In this document: piece by piece, positions 12,640 to 24,785 of the stretch | Position numbering within the stretch: position 1 is the first letter of the stretch | How the letters are laid out: each line of letters begins with the position of its first letter | Origin: Macrostomum lignano | Taxonomy: Eukaryota | Assembly (NCBI GenBank): GCA_002269645.1 | Contig: NIVC01001548.1 | Span: forward strand, 1-64,000 | Direction of reading: 5' to 3' | DNA: 64,000 nucleotides | Notes under the pieces: model-generated | Told to the model about the DNA's origin: nothing | Databases searched by the model: none | What the model saw: the letters and a program-made list of their open reading frames with translations, nothing else | Translations under genes and position numbers: made by a program

Positions 12640-13130
12640 TTACATTAACATTATTGTAGGAGTTATCTACAAATTCTTGTGCATTGCTGAGCACACTGAA
12701 CATAAAACTGAAAGGCACCTACACACAAGGGTTAAGGAGCATTGTACAAGAGCTAATGCTATGTATAACCACCTCCTGATGTGCAATCAATGTGCTAAAG
12801 TTAGAAATGCTGAGAAATTTGATATTATTGATTGTAACTGCCAGATTATGAAGTTGTCTACTCTTGAGGTATTGTACATTAAACAGCTAAAGCCCACCAT
12901 GAACATCCAACTTGGTGATAGAAGGGCGAGTGTCCATCTAAGGGTGTTCTGACCCCATGCGCTTGCCTCTTATTTTGGGCCATCTAACTCTGTTACCCAT
13001 ACTTACAATCATTTTGGCCTACTAGATTTAAAAAAATTACCATCTCTCTAAATCTATATTATTGCCTTGCTTGAAGATGCCAATTGTTTGGCAAAACATG
13101 TTGCATAAAGGTTGATTAATTAATTATTAT
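12640..13130 (+). mobile_element. Penelope-like element 3' fragment (GIY-YIG endonuclease C-terminus plus 3' UTR)
   Basis: GVIYKFLC...KTERHLHTRVKEH...LEVLYIKQLKPTMNIQL...LRVF*, followed by a hammerhead-like motif. Confidence 0.7.
13068..13105 (+). ncRNA. degenerate minimal type I hammerhead ribozyme (PLE-associated)
   Basis: TGC-TTGAAGA-T-GCCAA TTGT TTGGC-AAAAC ATGTT-GCA. Stems I, II and III are present; the core carries C3U and G12A changes. Confidence 0.55.
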
Positions 13131-14669
13131 TTTATTAAAGATAAAATGTGAATGTTTACTTTTGCTCTTGTTTTCCTGATTATACTCATTTGAATTGATT
13201 TGTCCACAATGCAATTTGCCCATGAGTGAATTGCCCATAGGCAGATTGCCCACCAAGTTTTTTCCACTAAGATTTGCTTAGAATGTTTTTTATTTTCCTG
13301 AATTTTATCACATGGAAAATTCTGTTTATAATGCCCTCAATGCTTAGTAAGTCTGGAAGAGATAAAAAGATTTACTTAATTAAAACATTTTAATAGTAAC
13401 TGCATATCAAATACATATTTTTCCTATAGGTTTTCATTTCTATATATATGCAGAGGTATGTTAATGAGCTATACATTTATCCATATGACAAGTCACTTTG
13501 TCTCCTAAGTCTATAAGACTTAATAAGCATTGAAGGACATTATAGACAGAATCTAACTTGTGTCAAAATGCCTTAAATATGGTGCTATTGCACAAAACAT
13601 GCCAAAAAAACTTTTCTAACTCATACCATGCACGCAATATTAGACTGCCTGAGACCTTGTTGCATACGATAATTTTTCCTAAAAAGCAACATCTTTGGGA
13701 GTATAGCCTCTGTGTCTTTAAGTGTAAACTCATTTAATATTAATGACATGGCCATTGGCATTATGCAGACTTTATTGACAGCCATTGCCTCTAATGCTAG
13801 GCGCATTCTATTTTATATAGACACAGCCACTGTGTCTATCAGTCTAAAAGTTCAAATACTATAGTCTAAGTTTTTAGATTATAGACATGGTTGCCATATG
13901 CCATGTCTCTAAATGTGACATATTTTATATTTTCATTATCTACCATTTCATTATCTAGGATAAAGTTTATTGCCTATCTAAAGTTCAGTCACTTTGTCAT
14001 TTTAATTAGGGTGCAGCCTAGTATACAATAATTGAAAAAGAGTCATTTTGTCATAAAATACAATTAATATTATCAATTATAAATGAATTAACATGTCATA
14101 GTCTAGATCATGGCAAGCTAGGTTTTTTTCATTATTGATAATTGCTAAAATGCAAATTTGTATATAGGGTCTAATTTTAAAATCAATATAGGAGTATCGA
14201 GAAGGAGCATGCTAAAATACATTCTTTTTATTATTGGGTAATATATTATTACTTAAGTCATTATAATATATAAGCATTTTTATAAGTGCTGTTTATCTAT
14301 TATCTTTCATTAAAAAATGAATATTTCATTAGACATTGTTTTATAGAATCAGATTTGGAGCTTCTGTAGTAGCAATGTACATAGCAATGTTTCTTGATTT
14401 AATGTTTCCTACTACCAACTATATATAATATATTTCATAGATTATTTAGATTATTTATTTCTTGTATTATACTAACTGAAGAACAAATTTAAAAGTATAA
14501 AATGAAAGACTTTTGCTATAAATATACAACTTAAGAAGAATAATTTTTAGTATATTGGATAACAGTCTATATAGGAGATTGTATTTGTAACATACTATGA
14601 CATGGTAGCAACATTTTTAATACCAAAGTTTCTATCACATCATCTAGCATTATGGCATGCATTACTAAA

Positions 14670-15060
14670 TCCTATATACTAAAAATGAAATGTGTGTCTC
14701 TGTGAGATAGATTTCAGAAAAAACGGCTTAACCGATTTTCTTCAAACTTGCACCATTCGATCAGAAATTTTCCTGGGACGGTACATGCATCTTGGCTAAG
14801 AAATTGCTCAATTTTAAAGGGATTAAATATTCGAAAAACATGCTTTTTTGCAAAGGTCAAGCAGCTCTTTCGACCTGAAATGCATTGTAAGAATGCTAGA
14901 GAAAAAACTGACTGACTGAATTCTGATTCTGACAAAGATTGCATCACAACAAGTTGAAAACAGTGCCGAAGAAATGCACACACGACTTGAATGAAATTGC
15001 GTAACCATATTGGCAACTTAAATTGAGACTGATTCTGGCTGACTGAGAAATTGATTATGT
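14670..15060 (+). mobile_element. Helitron-like 5' end and decayed N-terminal coding remnant
   Basis: A|TCCTATATACTAAAAATGAAATGTGTGTCTC...AAACGGCTTAACCGATTTTCTTCAAACTT resembles animal Helitron 5' termini as recalled. No clear hairpin-CTRR 3' end was found. Confidence 0.4.
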
Positions 15061-15269
15061 CATAACTTTTTACTCCAATTGACTTGCTGTAAGAATTGAA
15101 TTATAAGGGCCACAATTTATGTTCTCCAATTGAAAAAGATAGCCCAGATGCGAACAGACTGGAATGCTAATGTAGCGACTTGGGTTCGAATCTTAGTAGG
15201 GCAAAAAAGATTTTTTTTTTATTAAAACACCTTAAAAACACAAAACTTCTAAACATAAAAGAAGCGCAA

Positions 15270-17810
15270 TGTCAAACATAGAAGAGCCACCATGTCGAAC
15301 ATAAAAGAGCTAACATATCGAATATTAAAGAGCCACCATGTCAAACCTAAACGAGCCACCATGTCTAATATTTAAGAGGCACCATATAAAACATATAAGT
15401 GACTTTATGTCAAACATAAAAGAGCCACCATTTCTAACATTAAACAGCCACCATTTCGAACATTAAAGAGCCACCATGTCGAAAATAAAAGAGTCACTAT
15501 TTCGAACATCAAAGAGCCACTATGTCAAACATTTAGGAGCCACTTTTTCGAACATTAAAGAGCCACCATGTCAAACATAAAAGAGCCAACATGTCAAACA
15601 TAAAAGAGCCAACATGTCAAACATAAAGAGTCACCATGTCAAACATTTAAGAGCCACCATGTCAAACATATATGTGACTTTGTGTTAAACATTAAAGAGC
15701 CACCATTTCGAACATTAAAGAGCCACCATGTCAAACATGAAAGAGCTATAACATGAAGAATATTAAAGAGCCACCATGTCGAACATAAAAGAGCTGCCAT
15801 GTAAAATAACAAAGAGCTACCAAGTTAAACATAAAAGAGCCACCATGTAAAACATTAAAGAGCCACCATGTGAAACATTAAAGAGCCACATTGTCAAACC
15901 TAGAAGAGCCACCATGTCGAACATAACAGAGCTACCATGTCAAACATTAAAGAGCCACCATGTCAAACATTCAAAAGTTACATTGTCAAACATTGAAGAG
16001 CCACTATGTCAAACATTTAGGAGCCACTTTGTCGAACATTAAAGAGCCAACATGTCAGACATTAAAAAAGCCACCGTATCAAATAAAAAGAGTTAACATG
16101 TAGAACAAAAAAGAGCCACCATTTCGAACATAAAAGAGCCAACATGTCAAACATAAAGAGCCACCATGTCAAACATTTAAGAGCCACCATGTCAAACATA
16201 TATGTGACTTTATGTCAAACATTAAAGAGCCACCATTTCGGACATAACAGAGCTACCATGTAAAACATTAAAGAGCCACCATGTCAAACATTAAAGAGCC
16301 ACCATGTCGAACATAAAAGAGCCACCATGTCAAACCTAAAAGAGCCACCATGTCGAAAATAAAAGAGCCACTATTTCGAACATTAAAGAGCCACCATTTC
16401 GAACATTAAAGAGCCACCATGTCGACCATAAAAGAGCCACTATTTCGAACATTAAATATCCACCATGTCAAACATAAAAGAGCCAACATGTCAAACATAA
16501 AAGAGCCAACATGTCAAACATAAAGAGCCACCATGTCGAAAATGAAAGAGCCACTATTTCGAACATTAAAGAGCCACCATTTCGAACATTAAAGAGCCAC
16601 CATGTCGAACATTAAAGAGCCACCATGTCGAACATTTAAGAGCCACCATGTTAAACCTAAAAGAGCCACCATGTTAAACCTAAAAGAGCCACCATGTTAA
16701 ACCTAAAAGAGCCACCATGTTAAACCTAAAAGAGCCACCATGTTAAACCTAAAAGAGCCACCATGTCAAACCTAAAAGAGCCACCATTTCGAACATATAA
16801 GTGACTTTATGTCAAACATTAAAGAGCCACCATGTCAAACATTAAAGAGCCACCATGTAAAACAAAAGAGCCACCATTTCGAACATTAAAGAGCCACCAT
16901 GTCAAACATTTAAGAGCCACCATGTTAAACATAAAAGAGCCACTATGTTGAACATTAAACAGCCATCATGTCAAACCTAAAAGATCCACAATTTCGAACA
17001 CTTAAGAGCCACAATGTAGAATATTAAAGAGCTACCATGTCAAACATTTAAGAGCCACCATGTCAAACATTTAAGAGCCACCACGTAAAACATTAAAGAG
17101 CCACCATTTGAAACATTAAAGAGTCACCATGTCAAACATTTAAGAGCCACCATGTCAAACATTTAAGAGCCACCATGTCAAACATAAAAGAGCCACCATG
17201 TCAAACCTAAAAGAGCCACCATGTCGAACATAAAAGAGCCACCATGTCAAACCTAAAAGAGCCACCATGTCGAACATAAAAGAGCTATACCATGAAAAAA
17301 ATTAAAGAGCCACTATCTCGAACATTAAAGAGCCACCATGTCAAACATTTAAGAGCCACCATGTCAAACATTTAAGAGCCACCATGTCAAACCTAAAAGA
17401 GCCACCATGTCAAACCTAAAAGAGCCACCATGTCAAACCTAAAAGAGCCACCATGTCGAACATAAAAGAGCTATACCATGAAAAACATTAAAGAGCCACT
17501 TTCTCGAACATTAAGGAGCCACCATGTCAAACATTTAAAAGCCACCTTGTCAAACATTAAATAGCCACTTTGTCGAACATTAAAGAGTCACTGTGTCAAA
17601 CATAAAAGAGCCACTGTTTCAAACATAAAAGAGCCACCAGGTTAAACATTAAAGAGCCACCATGTCAAACAATAAAGAGGCACCATGTCAAACATAAAAG
17701 AGCCACCATGTCTGACATTAAAAAGCCATCGTTTCAAACATAAAACAGTTGCCATGTAGAACTTAAAACAGCCACCATGTCAAACATAAAATTTACACAA
17801 TTTCAAACAT
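15270..17810 (+). repeat. 23-bp minisatellite TAAAGAGCCACCATGTCAAACAT (~110 copies)
   Basis: Degenerate tandem array in the intergenic region. Confidence 0.93.
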
Positions 17811-17883
17811 AAAAGTAAGCGAATTTTAAAGGAGCCACTATAATGCTAAGGAAATTATCGCACTAGCTACTTATTGTCTGGTG

Positions 17884-18330
17884 GATGCTTGCTATTTGGG
17901 GATGCTATCTATGTAGGGGATGCTTGCTATCTGGCGGATGCTTGCTATCTGGGGATGCTTGCTATCTGGGGGATGCTTGCTATCTGGGGGTTGCTTGTAA
18001 TCTGGAAGATGCCTGCTATCTGGCGGATGCTTGCTATCTGGGGGATGCTTGCTATCTGGGGGATGCTTGCTATCTGGGGGATGCTTGCTATCTGGGGGAT
18101 GCTTGCTATCTGGGGGTTGCTTGTAATCTGGAAGATGCTTGCTATCTGGCGGATGCTTGCTATCTGGAAGATGCTTGCTATCTGGCGGATGCTTGCTATC
18201 TGGGGGATGCTTGCTATCTGGGGGATGCTTGCTATCTGGGGGATGCTTGCTATCTGGGGGATGCTTGCTATCTGGGGGTTGCTTGTAATCTGGAAGATGC
18301 TTGCTATCTGGGGGATGCTTGCTGTCTTGG
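17884..18330 (+). repeat. 18-bp minisatellite ATGCTTGCTATCTGGGGG
   Basis: Tandem array with recurring variants. Confidence 0.92.
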
Positions 18331-19299
18331 GATGATTTCTTTTTGCTTCCTTTGAGTATTTTGTCGGTTTTTTTTGTGAAGGCCTTTTTTGGCTATCTTT
18401 TTGTTACTTGTAGAGAACAGAGGTTCTATACAGATGTCCCCCAACGGGGGGCGAAGATTGCTAGTTATAGTCTAATTCCAGTTTCACATTACACAGATCA
18501 TGGGAAGAATAATAATTCTAGGTTTCCCCTCCCACACTAGTCTGTTTTTAGGTTTATTCTTGTTTTGGGGCGTTTCCAGGTTTTTCTAAGTTTTTTTGCA
18601 TTTCCAGGTTTTTCCAGGCTTTTCCAGGTTGTGGACAGCCTACAATTTAGCTAATGACACATTATTTTTATAATTGTATTTTATGCAGATTATCATACTT
18701 ATTAAAACTATCTATATCTTCACATTTTGATGTGGAAATCATGTATTGAACATGTAAATTAGACTAGAGCTAGCTTAATGGTGGGAAATATGTTAAAAAA
18801 ATAGATGTGCAGACTAATGTGTGGAATAAAGTATGGAATAACATGTAGAATAAAATTTAGAATAGCATGCGGAAAAATATTCAGAATAATGTGTGGAATA
18901 ATATGCGGAATAATGTGCAGAATAATGTGCGGAATACCGTGCAGAACAACATGCGGAACATTTGGAATAACTAGTGGAACATGCAGAATAATGTGCAGAA
19001 TAACATGCATAATAATGTGCAGTGTATACAATACAAAACTCAATATACAATACTACTGTACAATACTCACATATATTGAAGAACACTTGGTAAATTTGAT
19101 TCAACCCTCTTTCATATAGCATGCAAAGCAAAAAATTCTTATATGCACAATATATACTCAGGACTATCGCACAGAAAATGGCTGTGTCCCTTATATAGAA
19201 TAACACTAATTAAAGATGGCAGCTATTTCTTGGCCACCATTTCTATTTGTAGTCTATATAAAAAAGTCCAAAGGCAAAGATGTAATTTTTTGGACCTCA

Positions 19300-19980
19300 T
19301 TAGACACTATAGTTTGGATTGTGTATTTGTGCCACAGTCAAGAAGGTGATAGATTTCACACAAAATTGTGGCATACACAGAGGATTTTTTTGATGCACAT
19401 GGCGCAAATGGCGCAAAAGAAAATTTATTGTGCACTATGTATACATATACAACACACAAAGCGTCTTAACTGGCATATTTTATACTATATTAACTTTTTA
19501 GTTCACATGTAAAAGATAAAACACAATAACAAACTTGCTTCTTTCAATTTAAAATGGCATGAAAAAGTTTTTTAAATTATGGTAACATTACATATGTACC
19601 TGAAAAAAGATTACAACAATAGTTGTTTCTTTAAACTCGAAATTAAAAATTAAAAAACTCATAAAATTATATACATTATGTAAATTTTTTGGCACATTGT
19701 GCACAGTTAAAAAATTATGGATTTGTTGCGGCACACATGGCGCACCTTCCTGACCATGGTATTTGTGTACATCAGTATTAATGCCAAAAAATGACAAGAT
19801 CTTATTTGTCTAGCAGGTTTCTGCACCAATACAAGAAAATTTGTCATTGACACCATACATGTGCAACTTCTGAAATTACGCTGGCTGTGCGACTTAGTTT
19901 TCGATAAAAAATGCGACTTACCTATAAAAGAGCCAAGCAAAAACTTTAGGTAAACGGCAGGAGTAACTATGACCATATTT
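19300..19980 (-). mobile_element. possible highly degenerate piggyBac-like transposase remnant
   Basis: Broken frames give SFIGKSHFL-like core fragments and a C-terminal Cys-rich CxxC...CxxC...PLC pattern; weak. Confidence 0.22.
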
Positions 19981-21359
19981 TTAAAGCTAAATGCCTCGCC
20001 AGCTAATAAGTGCTGCGTGCAGATTCCGCGTTTTTATAACAGCTAATCAGTACATGTCATCTAGTGGCGGCATGAAGCAATTAGTAAATTGTCAGTACAG
20101 TGTAGTGAGCATACTACAAAAGTCATGATTCATGAATGTCCAGAAGTAAGTGAAGTGAATACAGTGTGACCTATAGCTCAAGAACGATTTGCTAGACGAT
20201 TTGGCATGGAAGATGAGAGCCCTGATTGAGATGGCTCATCAGATGCAGAATACGAATCCAGTAGAGATACAAGCTGTGAAAACCCACATATTTTTAAACC
20301 ACTGAATTCCAATTCCCGGAACTATTTTTGCATAGATTCTAAATTTGAAGTCATGCTCAAACAAAAACTTGTTAACAGTTAGGAAAAAGGCAAAGATGGG
20401 AGTAATGCATGTTAAACTAAGATTTGAGGCCTTTGCAAATTCTCTCCATTCCTCAATCTTCTCATCCTCTTTTTCTTTTCTCTCTCATCCCTTATCCCTT
20501 CTCTCTTTCCTCTCCTCTCTCCTCTCTTTCCTCTCCTCTCCTATCTCTTCTGTCTCCTCTCTACATTCTTATCTCTCCTCTCGTCTCTCCATTCCACTCT
20601 ACTCTCTCATCTTATCTTCCCTCTCGTCTCTCTCCACTCTACTCTCTCATCTTATCTCTCTTTTCTACTCTCTCATCTCTCCTCTCTTCACTCTCCTCTC
20701 ATCTCCTCTTTATCCTCTCTTCTCTCATCTACTCTCTCCTCTTTCCTCTTTCCTCTCTTCTGATCTCATCCATCATCTTTTCTTTCCTCTTTCCTCTAAT
20801 CTCCTCTTCTCTCTCATCTCTTTTTCCTCCCTCAGCTTTTCTCTCCTCTTCTATCTTTTCTCCCATCGCATCGCTCGCCTCCCCTTTGTTTTCTATCTTC
20901 TATTCCCTCTACTTTGAAGTAAGAAAATATGCACATATTTTTGCTGAAGATAAGAGGAGAGAAGAGGGCATTGAGAAGAAAGGGTAGAGAGAAAGGGGGA
21001 GAAGTGAGGAGAGTAAAAATGAGAGGAGAGAGAAGAGGGAAAAGGGGGGAGAGAGAGAAGAGGGGAGGCAAGGTAGAGAAGAAGAGAGAGATGAGAGTTG
21101 AAGAGACACCAACCTTGCTGGTTAGGAAGTTTCAAAGAACCCGAGGGGCGAGGGCCAGATAGAGGGGCTTCGCGAGCTTGCCAACCCCTGCTCCAGAGTT
21201 TAAGAAATCAATGGGAAACTGTTGACGTGGGCTTCTGATTTCAAAGATCTTGTCTGTGGTTGAAGGCTTCTATTCTGTTTTTGCTCTCCTGCCACACTTG
21301 CACCTACCACCCCCTGATTGCCTCTGATTGTGACTTACTTCCCTCTTATTGCGACTTAG

Positions 21360-21655
21360 TTGCTTCTTTTTGCGACTTACTTAATCCTTTTTGCGACTTA
21401 CTTAATCCTTTTTGCGACTTACTTAATCCTTTTTGCAACTTACTAAATCCTTTTTGCGACTTACCTAATCCTTTTTGCGACTTACTTAATCCTTTTTGCG
21501 ACTTACTTAATCCTTTTTGCGACTTACTTAATCCTTTTTGCGACTTACCTAATCCTTTTGCGACTTACCTGATCCTTTTTGCGACTTACCTAATCCTTTT
21601 TGCGACTTACCTAATCCTTTTGCGACTTACCTGATCCTTTTTGCGACTTACCTGA
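21360..21655 (+). repeat. 21-bp repeat TTTTGCGACTTACTTAATCCT, probably subterminal repeats of a hAT-like element ending ...GACTTACCCCTG (21808)
   Basis: Direct reading; the same motif recurs next to a CCCCTG terminus. Confidence 0.75.
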
Positions 21656-23008
21656 TTATTTTTACAACTTAGTTTGCTTCTTTTGCGAATTGTTTTTCTT
21701 TTGCTTCACCATTTTCCCTGAATTGCACTTTCTTTCGCTTTCCTCTTGCCTTTCTTGGTTCTTGTGTTTTTCTGTTTTAGGTTGACTCAATTTTGCGACT
21801 TACCCCTGGTCAGCCACGATTTACGGTGGCCGGATCGGCCAGGTCGGCCAGCAGTTGCGCATGTATGATTGACACAATGTTTCTACTATGTCATATACAC
21901 TGGGTGACTGGGATATAAGCTGATGTATGCCAAAAAATGGCAAGTACAAAGGCATTCTTTCGTCTTACGATGTCTGCTATGCATTTCAATGGGACGGCCT
22001 TTGTTCGTTTTACGATGCCTATAGAAAGCATATAGCGTAGGCATGATGGTGTAGTTTCTATATAATTTTCATTTTATGGCTATACACGTATTTTGTATTT
22101 CGTATACTTGACAGATTGTTGTTCATTAATGAAAGGCAAGCTATATATTCCATTTTGTTTTATGATGCCTTTGGTGTAATTCAGTCTGTTATAGACATCG
22201 CAAAATGAAAGTGAGGGAGGGGTTACTTTGGGTCCTTAAATTGGTTTACCGCTTTAGTCTCCTCTTCTTTATCAATTCACAGGACTCTTTGTGTAATGTA
22301 TGAGTTTGAGTCCAAGAGTGCCGCTATAATATCCGTTTCGTTTCGCGATGCCCCAGACGTAATTATTCATAAGGCATTGTAAAATAAAACGGATTATAAT
22401 GGCTCAATAGCTTTAATGAGGGCAGACACAATGTTAAAGCGTGTGAGTCGTGACATTTCCGTGGAAATACAGTTAGAAGTACAAACCAACTGTGTGACTG
22501 AATTTAAGACCTCTAAAACACTGCTCTCTTTCGTTGTAAAGTATACATTTTTAACCTCTTTTTGCTTATTTAACATGGCCATGGGCATTGTAAGACGAAA
22601 CAGATACAATTTTGGGCATTGTAAGACGAAAGAATGCCAGTACAAGTTGTATTAGCCTTCTAAACTATGGATTATACATTCATTACTAAAAAAGGTATTG
22701 GTAGGAATAGGCCCTAAATTAAAAAAAATTAAAATTACAAACCAATAGGCCCACAGCATGGATATATTATTGTTTAAAATTCAGGCAAAATCTTAAGATA
22801 GGTCTGATACTCTAACTAATATCGATAATTAAATTAATTAACATGCAGACAGAATAATGTAAATGAGTAGACCCATATAAAGTATAGTAGATGGCCATAA
22901 GATAGGTCTGACTGCCTATATAAGGTCTATATAGGTCTGACTAGACCTGTATAACTTAAGTGTCGCAAGGTGTCGGAAGATGTGTCTGAAAATGTGTCGG
23001 CAAAAGTT

Positions 23009-23182
23009 TGTAGTGAAACTACAACTTGACTTAGATTCGAATTGCAATATATTTTATGAGTTAACGACGAGAAGGCTTGGGGCGAGAAACTTAACTGCGA
23101 GAAAGAACTGTAAAAGGAATTTAGTCTATGGTAATTTATGACAAACTGAGTTGCAAATAAAAAGTACAACAAAATACCCATA
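23009..23182 (-). repeat. 3' LTR
   Basis: Direct repeat of 27136-27309, preceded on the minus strand by the polypurine tract GGAGGGGGGAGTCG (23196-23183). Confidence 0.93.
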
Positions 23183-23375
23183 CGACTCCCCCCTCCAATT
23201 GCGGAGCACGGGGAAAAGAGACTGTAACTGAATTATAAAATGGTGGAATGGCTTAAATTATTGAAACGAAGCGGTTATACAGTTGAAATACGAGCTAAAT
23301 TTATATGAGGGGTTGAACATTGAGAAATATTGAGAACAATGGAACAGCAGTCAGTAGACGTTATACATTACAAGG

Positions 23376-24785
23376 TTAATAATAAATGTAATCATTATGG
23401 CGTCGGAATTGGACTCGGCGGCCGCTAGAGGTCGCTCTAGGAGTTGATGAGTCCATCGGTTCTTCTGGTTTGGCGGCTTTTTCCGGCAGCGAGTTCGCGG
23501 CCGGCTGAACAGCCGACTTCGGAAGCGAAAGTCGCGCCGGCTTGAGGCGATCGATAGAGACAGATTCGGTGTTGCCTGACGGTAGGAAAATAACGAAGAA
23601 CTTGTCAGTTCGCTGTTTCACGCGATACGGCCCTGAGTACGGCGCCTCGAGCGGCGACCGCACGCGATCGACCCGAACCCAGACGAATTCAGCCATTTCC
23701 AGGTCCTTGGGTACGTAGCTCCGTGGTTCGTGCGTCTTCGCGTGTGGACTCGGTAACTCTGACAGCAGTTCCTGCAGCCGTGTCCGAATGTCCGTTGGGG
23801 CGAGTGGTTCAGAAGTTAGAATGCGCGGAACCATCGGAAGCTCGCCGGTAACCCTGGTGAACGGTGATATTCCTTGGTCGTCAGGTGCGACGTGCATCGC
23901 GAGGAGAGCCACAGGTAGGTCTGTCAGCCAGTCATTGCCTCGAGAACGTAGCATCGTCTTCAGGGTGCGATGGGCTCGCTCGACCTTGCCATTGGTTTGA
24001 GGGTGGTAGGCCGTTGTGCGTAATCGATGAAAACCAATTGATGACGAGACCGAGTGAAAGAATTCTGATTCGAACTGGCGCCCCCGATCAGTGATTACAT
24101 ACAGTGGCACTCCGTAGCGCGAGACCCAAGATGAGACGAATGCATGGGCGACTACTTCCGCGGTTATTGATTCCAGTGGTGTAGCTTCTAGCCAGCCAGT
24201 CGAGCGGTCGACCATCGTGAGAAGGTAGCGGGCAGACTGGTGGCCAAAGGTGGTAGCATTTGCTGGTGGAAGTGGTCCCACAATATCGATGTGTACCGCC
24301 TCAAAGCGATTTGATGGTAGTGCGAAGGCCTGTTGCGGGGAGACAGTGTGGCGAGTGACTTTACTCCATTGGCAGTCCTGGCAGTTCCAGCAGTAGGTCT
24401 TGATGGACTTGCGCATTCCGGGCCAAAAGTAACGTTCTGTAATGAGTTTTGCTGTTTTACGGTAGCCGAAATGACCAAGTCGATGGAAGGAGGCAATCAC
24501 GGCGTCGCGGAGGGACGGCGGAATGATCGGGCGAGGATACGGCGTTGACGTCTCACACCAAACGACGACGTCTTTGTCCAGAGAATACGATCGAATATTT
24601 GGTGCAGCTGAGAACGACTCCGGTCGTTGTGCTTCAGCGATACTAGGCAGATCAACAGGGAATTGGCTTGATGGGGCAGCGACTACAGCGACTGTTGCGA
24701 TGTTGGACACGTGATCATTCACTGGGAAGTCAGGCAGTCGAGAAAGGGCATCAGCTATTACGTTGTTGTGTTGTAATTCTACAAA
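23376..24785 (-). CDS. integrase (HHCC, DDE, GPY/F), cut off from RT by an in-frame stop
   Basis: In frame after the TAA: NVIADALSR (RNase H C-terminal remnant), HRLGH...CWNCQDC, HIDIVGPLP, TDRGRQF, NGKVERAH, PYSGPYRV. Confidence 0.92.
   Translation of the reverse strand, partial: FVELQHNNVIADALSRLPDFPVNDHVSNIATVAVVAAPSSQFPVDLPSIAEAQRPESFSAAPNIRSYSLDKDVVVWCETSTPYPRPIIPPSLRDAVIASFHRLGHFGYRKTAKLITERYFWPGMRKSIKTYCWNCQDCQWSKVTRHTVSPQQAFALPSNRFEAVHIDIVGPLPPANATTFGHQSARYLLTMVDRSTGWLEATPLESITAEVVAHAFVSSWVSRYGVPLYVITDRGRQFESEFFHSVSSSIGFHRLRTTAYHPQTNGKVERAHRTLKTMLRSRGNDWLTDLPVALLAMHVAPDDQGISPFTRVTGELPMVPRILTSEPLAPTDIRTRLQELLSELPSPHAKTHEPRSYVPKDLEMAEFVWVRVDRVRSPLEAPYSGPYRVKQRTDKFFVIFLPSGNTESVSIDRLKPARLSLPKSAVQPAANSLPEKAAKPEEPMDSSTPRATSSGRRVQFRRHNDYIYY

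Noticed and set aside
15138-15203. tRNA gene
   Set aside because: Only a B box (GGTTCGAATC) and a weak A box; no cloverleaf can be built, so at most a decayed tRNA-derived fragment.
20430-21100. Hydrophobic L/S-rich ORFs
   Set aside because: They are translations of CT/GA low-complexity tracts.
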